Shown in pieces: positions 47,427 through 56,491 of a stretch of 57,917 bases of DNA; position 1 is the first letter of the stretch, and every line of letters begins with the position of its first letter. The stretch is from contig ADNK01000127.1 in the NCBI GenBank assembly GCA_000320545.1, positions 1 to 57,917 on the forward strand. Direction: 5' to 3'. Source of the stretch: Bigelowiella natans CCMP2755. Its lineage: Eukaryota; Protista; Cercozoa. The translations under genes were made by a program, and so were the position numbers. The notes beneath the pieces are model-generated. The model was not told the DNA's origin, made no database searches, and was given only the letters and a program-made list of their open reading frames with translations.

Positions 47427-48967
47427 ATGGCGGAAACACCACTATTTAGACTACTTGCTCAAAGTCAGAGACTCGGGTCTTGGGACGAATTGTGGAATTC
47501 TGCTCCAGTAGAAAAACCTGGATTTAAACATTACGAGAAATACTTGGAAAAGCGAGTAAAATGGTTGAGCGATTTTAATGAAATCCTAATGGATGAAAAT
47601 GAGGAAGCATTTAAAATTGGTAGTGATGATTGGAATGCTAATATCTCCATAATCGTTTCGGCACTGGAAAAGGACAAGGGAAACAAGAAACTACTCAAAT
47701 ATATGCGAGATGTCGCACATATGTATACAAATCCACAACAAATACGAGACCTGCTTAATGGTGTTGGACCGCCTCCAGCAGACCCTTACTACGACAACCT
47801 CAGGGAGCAGTTCGCAGAGCAATACAAAGTGCCTATCCCAGTTGATAAAAGCAAAATATTGGGTGGTCTTAAGGAGTCTGCAGACAAGACCTGTGATAAG
47901 AAAAGCAAGAAGAATAAGTCTACAGACAAGACCTGTGATGAGAAAAGCAAGAAGAATAAGGTCTTGACCCTGACTTTGGGTGTGACAAAACTTACGAAGG
48001 GAGGAACGATTGACAAGCGGTATCAAACTCCTCAGGATACAAGGTAATAATATATATTTATATTTATTTTATTTTAATTTGTAATTTCAACCCATTAGAG
48101 GGGGAGGAGATACATAGTTACTAATTATTTAATTATTCTTTCTTTAGCACTCCTCTTAACCTTACGAAAAGACTTCAGGGAGGTGCTGACAACGGCAACC
48201 AGATGCAGATGCTTTGTGATGCTACGAGCAATCTTAGGGTCAACAACGGCGATGCAAAGATGACATCCATTTGCAAAAAATTGAATTTTCAAATGGAAAT
48301 CTGTGACCCAAATGCATCATTACAATTACAGGTCAAGCAAATAGAGAACTACAAACCTCAAAACTTTTCACAACCTGCACGAATTGCATCAAATGGGGTT
48401 GCTTCACAATGGTATGCTAACTTGGAAAGTGTCAAAAAGAAGATTAATCAGGATGCAATCAACATAGAACAAATCCGTAAGCATTCTTGTAAAATATATG
48501 GTCAAGAAATGCAGAAACTTAACAAAATGCAGAAAGGCAGTATGCAATGTTTCCAAAGAGATGCACAATTACAAGCGATGTGGAATTATATGGTGACAAC
48601 TTTCAAATCAAAGTTAGCGGAAATGGAAGAAGCATTGGAAGACATTGACAAAACTATGAAGTGGTTGTTGCCTAAAATGAAAGAGGATGAAATCAAAACG
48701 GCGACAAGAAATGTAATGGAAGTTGTGGAAAGGGAGATGGGTTATGCAAAGCAATACAGAATTGGTTTCACTACTTATGTGACACAAAATGGAAAAAGAT
48801 ATTGGTTTCAAGTTAATAGAAACCGAGAATGGAAAGCAGTCACACTGGATGATTTGAGAAATGTGCATCAAAAGGCATTTTGGGGCAAAAGTAGGTTTGA
48901 TGATGAAGAAAAAGAGGATGATGTAGATTATGACCAACTGATGGCAAGTGAACTTAAAGCAGAATAA
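47427..48967 (+). CDS. Two-exon cargo protein, join(47427..48043, 48148..48967), ~478 aa, unknown function
   Basis: A phase-2 intron AG|GTAATA...TCTTTAG|C (104 nt, AT-rich) joins ORFs 47358-48047 and 48203-48967 in frame through STPLNLTKRLQGG. Confidence 0.7.
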
Positions 48968-49010
48968 TAAAACACTTGTTGCTTTCGCATATATCAGCAT
49001 CCGCATATGT

Positions 49011-49190
49011 CAGCACATAGCATAGCACAGCACATAGCACGGCACAGCATATAGCACGGCACAGCATATAGCACATAGCACAGCACATAGCACGGCACAG
49101 CATATAGCACGGCACAGCATATAGCACATAGCACAGCACATAGCACGGCACAGCATATAGCACATAGCACAGCACATAGCAGTCGCAGTA
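49011..49190 (-). repeat. CATAGCACGGCACAG-type array, reverse complement of the left-end TGCCGTGCTA family
   Basis: Repeated TAGCACGGCA/TAGCACAGCA units between convergent genes. Ends in GCAGTCGCA, the reverse complement of TGCGACTGC seen in the left arrays. Confidence 0.85.
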
Positions 49191-49206
49191 TTCGCTTTGC
49201 TTCACA

Positions 49207-49521
49207 TTATTTATTATCCTTCATCTTTGGCGACGGCAAGAATGTGCCCAGTATTAATATAACTATATTTAAAAAAGCATTCCGCTCGGACGAATTATTA
49301 ACTGTGATAACTTGTAACATACTAAATACAAGCACACTAAATATGACTCCGCTCTTTAAGAAGAACTCTAATGCTCTTTTATCGCTAGTTACACAGCAAG
49401 ATTGATATGTGTTCTCTAATTTCGCATCCTCCACTTCCATTTTGTGTAGTATCTCCTGCTCCAATCGCTTTTTGAACTCTTGTGAGTGCTTCACATCCAA
49501 GACCAGTTCTTTATTATCCAT
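49207..49521 (-). CDS. Small two-TM membrane protein (104 aa)
   Basis: SCC motif, two hydrophobic helices, C-terminal LPSP; TCTA motif upstream. Confidence 0.7.
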   Translation of the reverse strand: MDNKELVLDVKHSQEFKKRLEQEILHKMEVEDAKLENTYQSCCVTSDKRALEFFLKSGVIFSVLVFSMLQVITVNNSSERNAFLNIVILILGTFLPSPKMKDNK

Positions 49522-49584
49522 ATATACAATAGAGTTAGATAATTATATTATTTAAAGAAATAATGACTAACAAAAGTATGAGAA

Positions 49585-50409
49585 ATGAGTAATGAAGAAA
49601 TCAAATACGAAAAATGTAACAGGTGCAAATGTCATAGATTACCTGAAGATTTTTTAAATGAGAAAGGGAGAAAATTAAAAACTTGTATTAAATGTAGGGA
49701 CATACAAAAAAAATATAGAAACAATGAAGAAGTTAAAAAAAAAAAAGCAGAATGTGATAAAAAATGGAGACAAAAAAGCAAATGTGAACACGGAAAGAGA
49801 AGAAATAGATGTGTCTGTTGTGGAGGTAGTCAAATATGCGAACACGGAAAAAGAAAAAGTATATGTAAAGAATGTAAAGGTGGTTCTATTTGTGAACACG
49901 GAAGACAAAAAAATGTTTGTAAAGAATGTAAAGGAGCTTCTATTTGTGAACACAACAAAATAAGAAGTATTTGTAAAAAATGTAAGGGTGGTTCCATTTG
50001 TGAACACAACAAAATAAGAACAAATTGTAAAAATTGTGGAGGTGGTTCTATTTGTAATCACGGAATACAAAAAAGATTTTGTAAAATCTGCGACCCACTA
50101 GGATACTTACAATCTACCGTTTCAAATGCTGTGAGAGGAGCTTTAAAAGCAAACAAAAGTAAAAGGTCTATTAAATATTTAGGCACAACAATTAAAGAAT
50201 ATAAAAAATATTTAGAAAGTAAATTTAAAGAAGGTATGACTTGGGAAAATTACGGAGAATGGCAAATTGACCACATTTGTCCTCTAAAATACAAAGCAGA
50301 AGGTAGAGCACCTGATTTAGAAGAAGTCATTAAACGATTGCATTATACTAATACTCAACCCTTGTGGGCTACTGAAAATATGAGCAAAGGTAATAGATTT
50401 ATTGGTTAA
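49585..50409 (+). CDS. Cys/His zinc-finger-repeat protein with C-terminal HNH-type endonuclease
   Basis: About six CEHxxxxxxCKECKGGSI repeats; GMTWENYGEWQIDHICPL..HYTNTQPLWATENMSKGN. Confidence 0.8.
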   Translation: MSNEEIKYEKCNRCKCHRLPEDFLNEKGRKLKTCIKCRDIQKKYRNNEEVKKKKAECDKKWRQKSKCEHGKRRNRCVCCGGSQICEHGKRKSICKECKGGSICEHGRQKNVCKECKGASICEHNKIRSICKKCKGGSICEHNKIRTNCKNCGGGSICNHGIQKRFCKICDPLGYLQSTVSNAVRGALKANKSKRSIKYLGTTIKEYKKYLESKFKEGMTWENYGEWQIDHICPLKYKAEGRAPDLEEVIKRLHYTNTQPLWATENMSKGNRFIG

Positions 50410-50411
50410 TT

Positions 50412-50449
50412 ATTTTAATAACATATTTGATTAAATATTTTATTAAAAT
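50412..50449. terminator. AT-rich hairpin between the convergent HNH and ATPase genes
   Basis: ATTTTAATAA/TTATTAAAAT outer stem plus inner ATATTT/AAATAT pairing. Confidence 0.55.
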
Positions 50450-51309
50450 CTAAGTTTGATGAAGGATTTCAGCGGAATATTGACCTATTATGTATTGAGG
50501 ATAGTTCTTATGTGTCACTACCCATCGAGAGCCCATTTTCTTTAAATTTGATATTTCTTTTCTCTCTAAGCCTAAATACTTGTTTAACACATAATATAAT
50601 TGGTTTGTTGCCGTTGATTGAGGGTAAAGGACATAATGGGTTGCTTCATTCATAATCAATCGACTTTTTTTGTAATTTGATAAGAAGTGTGTGATAAAAA
50701 ACAAACTTATCCCACCTTGTCCTGTGTTATTACCATCTTCGTCTTTTTTTTTGTGATGGAGTCGGCCCATTGAACTCACTTGGTCTATTAAATCTTGAAC
50801 TGCTTTATCTTCATTTTTATCTGGTAAAGCATCACAGTCATCAACGATAAAACAACTTTTATAAAATAATGGATTGTTAACATCAAATGGTGTCTCTACT
50901 AAAGATGGTATGTCTAATTTTATAATATTTTTACTTCTGATACAATCTAATGTCTCGTCTTCGTCTAAACGAGAGACTATAAATATTTTTCGTTTAGGAT
51001 ACAGTTTCGCATAATTATTCACTATCTGTTTGGTAATATAACTTTTACCTGAACCACTCGCACCAGCAATATACATCACATCTCTCTTGTCTGAATTTGT
51101 GTTCGGTAGTATCTCAAATTTTTGGTGGAAATCCAACTCAATCTTTGTCTTCTTCTTTGAATTCGGTTTATCATCCATATCTAAGTATAAAAAAGCATTA
51201 TGTAAGGGGTCTTTGTCCTTCTTCTCACTCTTAACATCGCTATGGGTTTCAGGTTCTTATTCTCATTTTCATCAATTCTATTTAGTTTTTTTAATAATAA
51301 ATAAGGCAT
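50450..51309 (-). CDS. FtsK/HerA (A32-like) genome-packaging ATPase; probable true start 51309 with a 1-nt frameshift at ~51236
   Basis: Walker A GASGSGKS, Walker B FIVDD, MGR and NEATH motifs. An upstream frame MPYLLL..KPIA with a TCTA motif joins VKSEKK..LYLDMDD if one base is restored. Confidence 0.9.
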
Positions 51310-51325
51310 AGTTTATTATTAAAAA
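51288..51325. terminator. 14-bp-stem hairpin downstream of the 554-aa gene; its loop holds the predicted ATPase start codon
   Basis: TTTTTAATAATAAA-TAAGGCATAG-TTTATTATTAAAAA. Confidence 0.55.
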
Positions 51326-51351
51326 TTAGATATTATTTTTTATAGTAAATA

Positions 51352-53016
51352 TTAATCACTATCAGGTTCTTCGTCATCAACTAATTCTTGTAATACTTTG
51401 ATGAGTTGTGATGCTGTTAATACCTCGTCAAAAAATCTATACTTTTCATTCTGCTTCTTCTTCCTAAGTAGATTTATGGCAGTTTTCGCTTCAGGTAAAA
51501 CCGAGTCATCGTCTTTGACATAATTTTCAACCTTTAGCAGATTGCTTTCAATCGTATTTCTTTGCTTCCTTTCCTTTTTTCCAAAGGAATCAACCTCTGC
51601 TTGTATCACCTTTTTGACACCATTTTTATCAATTCTTTTACCATCATAAGTGAATTTGTTTTTAGGGTTCAAACTGTTGAAATTCTTATTTATCTCCTTT
51701 TGAACTTGCTTCATATATTTTAGAGTTAAATTACCATTACTTTTTTTACTTTCAACATCGTTAAGAATAAGACTTACCTTCTTTTGAGTATCTGTTTCTG
51801 TGTCGGTCTTCTTCAAGGAAGCACGAAGGTTGTTGATAAATGTCCCTATTCTTACATTCTTGTTGAAGACCTTTATCATAGTATTTTTAGGAATCTTGTC
51901 AAGTTTGTATTTGTTATTGTCTAATAAATCCTTTCTTACATCTGTCTTCACTTCATCTAAGTTATTGCTACCAGTAAATGCTGTGTTGATTGCTTTTTGG
52001 TAATCATCTACAATTTTTTTATCTCCTTGCCTATTACTTGTAGCACTTGACCTTAATTCTTTCGCAACACTATCAATTTCTTTATCTCTGACAGATTTAT
52101 CCACCTCTGCTCCTAAACTTGCTTCTATTGTATTTGTCAAATCTATTGTAGGGATGCTTACATTATACTTGCTCTTTAAATCATTGTAAAGGTCTCTTCC
52201 TGCCTGTGGGGTTTTAGGAGCATTCAACATCTTGCTACTTCCTTCAATGACGATTTTCAGTTCCTCGTCAGACTTATTTTTATTGCCTAATATGATAACA
52301 CTTAAGTTTAATATCTTGAAGAAGACCATTAACTTTGATTTAGAAAAACTCTTAGCAGTCACTCTAAGTTGTTTGCCCCCAACATTACGAGTGAATGTTT
52401 TGTTTCCTTCAAAATGATACTTCATCACTGATGCGATAAATTTAGCACATTTAACAACATCATCTTTTTTAATCGTGTTGTATTCCTTTTTTAATTGGGA
52501 ATAAGCATTTCGTAAGTAGGTTAGTTTTATCTCACTATAATCACCTTCCTCAAATAAATCAACGACTTGGTCAAGCATCTTTACATAAACACTCTCGCCT
52601 TTGAAGATGCTTTCCTTTTCAGTAGCAGGTTTCTCTTCATCTTCTTTCACCACAGATAAACCCTGTTTAAGAGCATCTCTTTCAGCAAAGAACTGCCTCT
52701 TGTTGTCAAGCATATTTTTGAAAATGTTGTTGTAGTACCTACCTGAACCGCTTTTAGTAGTAGCATAAGCACTATTGCTATCAATAGGCATCGCCGAATG
52801 GAGAGATTGGATGTGTAATCTGTTGAATGCTCCTGTTGGTGTATCCGGAGGAAGGATATTGGGTAGTGATTTACCATTTATATATTCATTCATTTTCTTC
52901 TTATTATAATCAATAGACTGCTTTGCCCTCTGTAAGATGAATCTTCGTGTGTTATCAAAGAAGGGGATTCGTCTTTTCTCGTCGTGTCCTTTTATCATAG
53001 CATTATTTTTTTTCAT
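51352..53016 (-). CDS. Hypothetical Lys-rich helical protein (554 aa)
   Basis: Long intact ORF with a TCTA motif upstream; no recognised domain. Confidence 0.75.
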   Translation of the reverse strand: MKKNNAMIKGHDEKRRIPFFDNTRRFILQRAKQSIDYNKKKMNEYINGKSLPNILPPDTPTGAFNRLHIQSLHSAMPIDSNSAYATTKSGSGRYYNNIFKNMLDNKRQFFAERDALKQGLSVVKEDEEKPATEKESIFKGESVYVKMLDQVVDLFEEGDYSEIKLTYLRNAYSQLKKEYNTIKKDDVVKCAKFIASVMKYHFEGNKTFTRNVGGKQLRVTAKSFSKSKLMVFFKILNLSVIILGNKNKSDEELKIVIEGSSKMLNAPKTPQAGRDLYNDLKSKYNVSIPTIDLTNTIEASLGAEVDKSVRDKEIDSVAKELRSSATSNRQGDKKIVDDYQKAINTAFTGSNNLDEVKTDVRKDLLDNNKYKLDKIPKNTMIKVFNKNVRIGTFINNLRASLKKTDTETDTQKKVSLILNDVESKKSNGNLTLKYMKQVQKEINKNFNSLNPKNKFTYDGKRIDKNGVKKVIQAEVDSFGKKERKQRNTIESNLLKVENYVKDDDSVLPEAKTAINLLRKKKQNEKYRFFDEVLTASQLIKVLQELVDDEEPDSD

Positions 53017-53036
53017 ATATATATATGTTTAGATAA

Positions 53037-53600
53037 TTATTTATTTAAAATTTCATTTGTATATAAAACACTCAATTCTAATGAATTGATACAGGTTTTA
53101 TTTTTTATATGTTTTAAAATCCTATCAAACTCTTTGAGGTTGTATTTTGAAAAAGCGAACCTTAAGAGAACCCATCTTCCGCAGGTAGCATTGCTTTTAT
53201 CGGTCCTGTTTTGGTATATTTTCTTATTAAATATAGGTTTGTATCCGCCTTTCTTAATGAGGTTTAACAACACATCAGGCGAGATGTTCATTTGGGAGTT
53301 TAGGTGCTTGTTGATATTCTTAAAAGGAAATCCATAACTATCAAAAATTTCTATCGTGTGCTGTTTCCGTATTAAACCCAACCAGTGTCCTGAATTCTCC
53401 TCATTCAACCACAACAAGACACCGATATTACCATTGAATAGTTGGTCGGCAAATCGCAATTTCGGTAAGTCGGCAGATGTAGTTATTCTGATATTAGGGT
53501 GAGCATTTGTTAAATCATAATTGGAAAGAGGGTATGATTTTAGACTGCTGACAAGATTATCTAAACTTTTATGGAAATCTACATTCTTACATAAATTCAT
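53037..53600 (-). CDS. Virophage maturation cysteine protease (adenain/Ulp1-like, clan CE)
   Basis: SGHW, EIFDSYG, YQ and TCGRW provide the His-Asp-Gln-Cys catalytic set. Confidence 0.9.
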   Translation of the reverse strand: MNLCKNVDFHKSLDNLVSSLKSYPLSNYDLTNAHPNIRITTSADLPKLRFADQLFNGNIGVLLWLNEENSGHWLGLIRKQHTIEIFDSYGFPFKNINKHLNSQMNISPDVLLNLIKKGGYKPIFNKKIYQNRTDKSNATCGRWVLLRFAFSKYNLKEFDRILKHIKNKTCINSLELSVLYTNEILNK

Positions 53601-53607
53601 ATATATA

Positions 53608-54375
53608 TTATTTGAGATTTATAATTTTAGAGATAATCTTTTTGTATTTACACTTACATTTCTTTTTCTTTTTACATCCGCCTTCTACATAGTCGTTCCG
53701 TAATATCGTTGGGTTTCCATCCTCGTAATTATATAGTTTCCTAAAAGCAGGTTGGTCTAAACTGTGTGCTTTTATCATTGTCGGTGTAGGGTCTACTCTT
53801 CTTTTTATCCAATTAAAGAAACCTCTAACTTGCTCAGGATTGTATTTCAACACCTTCAACCTATCATATCTGTATCCGTTGTTAAGTCTATATAAAAAGT
53901 CTTTGTTTATGTATATTCTCTTCACCTTATCGTTATTCTGTATCTTTATATCTTGGGGTTGAGATGCTCCATTGAAGGTTGTAGCATATTTAATAAAAGG
54001 ATACCTCCTTATAAATTCATTCACTATCGCTCCACCCAAAGAATGACCTGTTATGAAATACAGATATTGATTGGGTTTATATTGCTTTATTATTTCATCC
54101 ATTCTCTTTATATCAGTTTTAAATCTATTACTTGCTTGTAGATTGTTCCAAGCAATCTTGTAATCCGCATACAAATCACCCATACTTGTAGGTACAGTCC
54201 CTCTAATTGTTATCAATATGACTTTTAGTTTCTCATCTATATATACATCAAAAGTATCACTATTATATTTTAATTTTAGGTTTTGGTTTATGTCTGTAGG
54301 TGTTTGTTTATAGGAATTCACAGAACCTATATAGTAATCTTTCTCATCAATAACATCTTTAAATTTTTTCACCAT
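53608..54375 (-). CDS. Class 3 lipase (alpha/beta hydrolase)
   Basis: IRGT, GHSLGG nucleophile elbow, C-terminal AHSL. Confidence 0.88.
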   Translation of the reverse strand: MVKKFKDVIDEKDYYIGSVNSYKQTPTDINQNLKLKYNSDTFDVYIDEKLKVILITIRGTVPTSMGDLYADYKIAWNNLQASNRFKTDIKRMDEIIKQYKPNQYLYFITGHSLGGAIVNEFIRRYPFIKYATTFNGASQPQDIKIQNNDKVKRIYINKDFLYRLNNGYRYDRLKVLKYNPEQVRGFFNWIKRRVDPTPTMIKAHSLDQPAFRKLYNYEDGNPTILRNDYVEGGCKKKKKCKCKYKKIISKIINLK

Positions 54376-54435
54376 ATTAATTATTATATAGAAAATTTTA
54401 TTGAGAAAAAATAATATCTAATGATTTATATATAT

Positions 54436-55146
54436 ATGTCACAGAATGCTGATAAATCAAGAGCATTAGAGTTAGGATTACACTATGCTAAAAACATTAT
54501 GGAAATGGATGACGAAGTTAAACAACTAAAGAATTTAATGGGTACTGGGTTTTGGAAAGACTTTCACAAAGGATTTAAGAAGGGGTTTTCAATACCTATG
54601 AAAGTAGGTAAAAAATTAATACCTGAGATAGCACCTGTCCTGGATGTAGCGAATGAAGTCGTCCAAGCATCTGGAGTAAAACACAAAAAGAAGAAGAAGA
54701 AAAAGATTAATGTGAAGGCACTCATTCAAAAAGTCAAAGGGAAAGGATACCACTATGGAGGTGCTGATAATAAGAAAGAAGGTGGAACAAAAGCACAGGA
54801 AGCAGAACGAGAAAGACTGAACAACATCGCACTTAAATACACAGGCAAATCGCTGGATGAAATCAATGAGGTAGATGTTACAAAAGGAAGGAAAACTAAA
54901 AAATCCAAACCGTCTCGTCGCATAACACCCACCATCATCAGTACAGAAAAGAAAAGGAAAACCAACCGAAGCAACATCATCCAATGTGATAAAGGATTGA
55001 AGATTGTTAAGTCAAGGGTCAAATCCACAAATCCAAACGACAGAAGGAAACGAAGGGGTGCTTTGATTAAAAAATTGATGAAAGATAAGGGACTAAAGTT
55101 TATTGAAGCATCACAATACATCAAAAAAAACAATTTAAAATATTAA
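54436..55146 (+). CDS. Basic core-like virion protein with an amphipathic helix
   Basis: LMGTGFWKDFHKGFKKGF, poly-Lys tracts, C-terminal LIKKLMKDKGLKFIEASQYIK. Lies directly upstream of penton and MCP with a TCTA motif. Confidence 0.65.
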   Translation: MSQNADKSRALELGLHYAKNIMEMDDEVKQLKNLMGTGFWKDFHKGFKKGFSIPMKVGKKLIPEIAPVLDVANEVVQASGVKHKKKKKKKINVKALIQKVKGKGYHYGGADNKKEGGTKAQEAERERLNNIALKYTGKSLDEINEVDVTKGRKTKKSKPSRRITPTIISTEKKRKTNRSNIIQCDKGLKIVKSRVKSTNPNDRRKRRGALIKKLMKDKGLKFIEASQYIKKNNLKY

Positions 55147-55154
55147 AAAAATTA

Positions 55155-55171
55155 TCTAAATTTTATTAATA
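55155..55171 (+). promoter_or_regulatory. AT-flanked TCTA late-promoter-like motif (representative copy before the penton gene)
   Basis: TCTA lies 12-19 nt before the ATG of penton, core protein, lipase, 554-aa ORF, ATPase, TM protein, the 201-aa and 1004-aa fibres and the NTase. This matches the CroV/mavirus late motif. Confidence 0.65.
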
Positions 55172-56461
55172 ATGAATAGTTATATATTTGCTATGAATAA
55201 TTTTAACAAAGAGCATCAAGACCACCTTTATTACAATTTAGATATTGTGAATAACGAGACCATAGACAGCAATAAGGATAATCCTGTGGTGAGTTATACA
55301 GACACATTATCAAAGGCATTATTAGACGATGTCAGCAGTTGGTATTTCTCCATCATTCGGTTTCAATTAAATGGTGTAGGTAGAGAAATCCCTATATTCA
55401 TACCTGAAATTGAGCGAGACCAGACCGATGCGAATAAGACCATTTACAAGATAACTCTGTTCTACCACTTTATTCAAAATGGAATACATCACAAAAAGTC
55501 TCAGACCGAAACTGTCTATTTTGAAACCCAGAACAAAAACACCAGTCCACCCACAACTGTAGGGAAGCAGATGGACTTATCTACAAATTATTACTATGTC
55601 TCTACCTATAGTCATATAGCACACTTGATAAACAAAACTCTTAAACGATGTCACGACAACCTGATTGCTAAATGTAAAGCAGAAGTCCCAGGTCTTCTTC
55701 CTGATGAAATAACACATTTAGACAATCTCAAAGCACCTATACTTTATTATGAGGAGAGTTCGCAGTTATTTAAACTTTATTTAGACAAGGATGTACACGG
55801 AAAGAAAAACAACAGGTTCAACAATACCATTTTTGATGTGAAAGGTAGATTGTTTTTTAACAGCAATCTCTTTTTACTGTTTAGCAATTTTCATCACAAC
55901 TATATAGGAGGCGACCTTAAAAACACTATAGAATATAACAGAGGCACGATTACTGATATAGTAGAAAATATATCTATACCAGGATGTGCCTACGATATTC
56001 TACCAATTGAGGATGATTTAGACATTCATTCACTCACCAAAGGAAATAAAACATATAGTATTTTATCCCAAGACTATGAGAGTGTGAGCAGTTTATGGTG
56101 TCCAGTCAGTGCGATTGTATTTACTACCAATATCATTCCCATTGAGAGTGAAATCACAGGAACACCTTTAGAATTCGTAGACAAACAGCAAGTAAGCGAT
56201 AGTAGACAAGATACCTCCCAAAAGGTTATTAGTGATATGACAGTAGGTATTAGTAGTGCCGATGATTACAGCGGAACGATTACCTATGTCCCAAGCGGTG
56301 AATACAGATATATTAACTTTACCTCTGCGAACATCCCCTTGAAAAGTATACAGATTTCGGCATTTTGGAAGCATCGGTTGACAGGTGATTTAGTCCCTAT
56401 ACGAATGCCTAACAAAAGTAGCATCCATCTAAAACTAATGTTTCAAAGAAAGCAAAAATAG
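55172..56461 (+). CDS. Virophage minor capsid protein (penton)
   Basis: HLYYNLDIVN, YFSIIRFQL, IPIFIP, WCPVSAIVFTT, YVPSGEYRYI, AFWKHRLTG and LKLMFQRK motifs; adjacent to MCP. Confidence 0.88.
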   Translation: MNSYIFAMNNFNKEHQDHLYYNLDIVNNETIDSNKDNPVVSYTDTLSKALLDDVSSWYFSIIRFQLNGVGREIPIFIPEIERDQTDANKTIYKITLFYHFIQNGIHHKKSQTETVYFETQNKNTSPPTTVGKQMDLSTNYYYVSTYSHIAHLINKTLKRCHDNLIAKCKAEVPGLLPDEITHLDNLKAPILYYEESSQLFKLYLDKDVHGKKNNRFNNTIFDVKGRLFFNSNLFLLFSNFHHNYIGGDLKNTIEYNRGTITDIVENISIPGCAYDILPIEDDLDIHSLTKGNKTYSILSQDYESVSSLWCPVSAIVFTTNIIPIESEITGTPLEFVDKQQVSDSRQDTSQKVISDMTVGISSADDYSGTITYVPSGEYRYINFTSANIPLKSIQISAFWKHRLTGDLVPIRMPNKSSIHLKLMFQRKQK

Positions 56462-56491
56462 TTTAAATTTTTTTTCTCGGTGTAATTATAT

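Noticed and set aside
48954-49205. 83-aa Cys/Tyr-rich ORF (also 32323-32568 and 33124-33321)
   Set aside because: These are translations of the repeat arrays and have no promoter motif.
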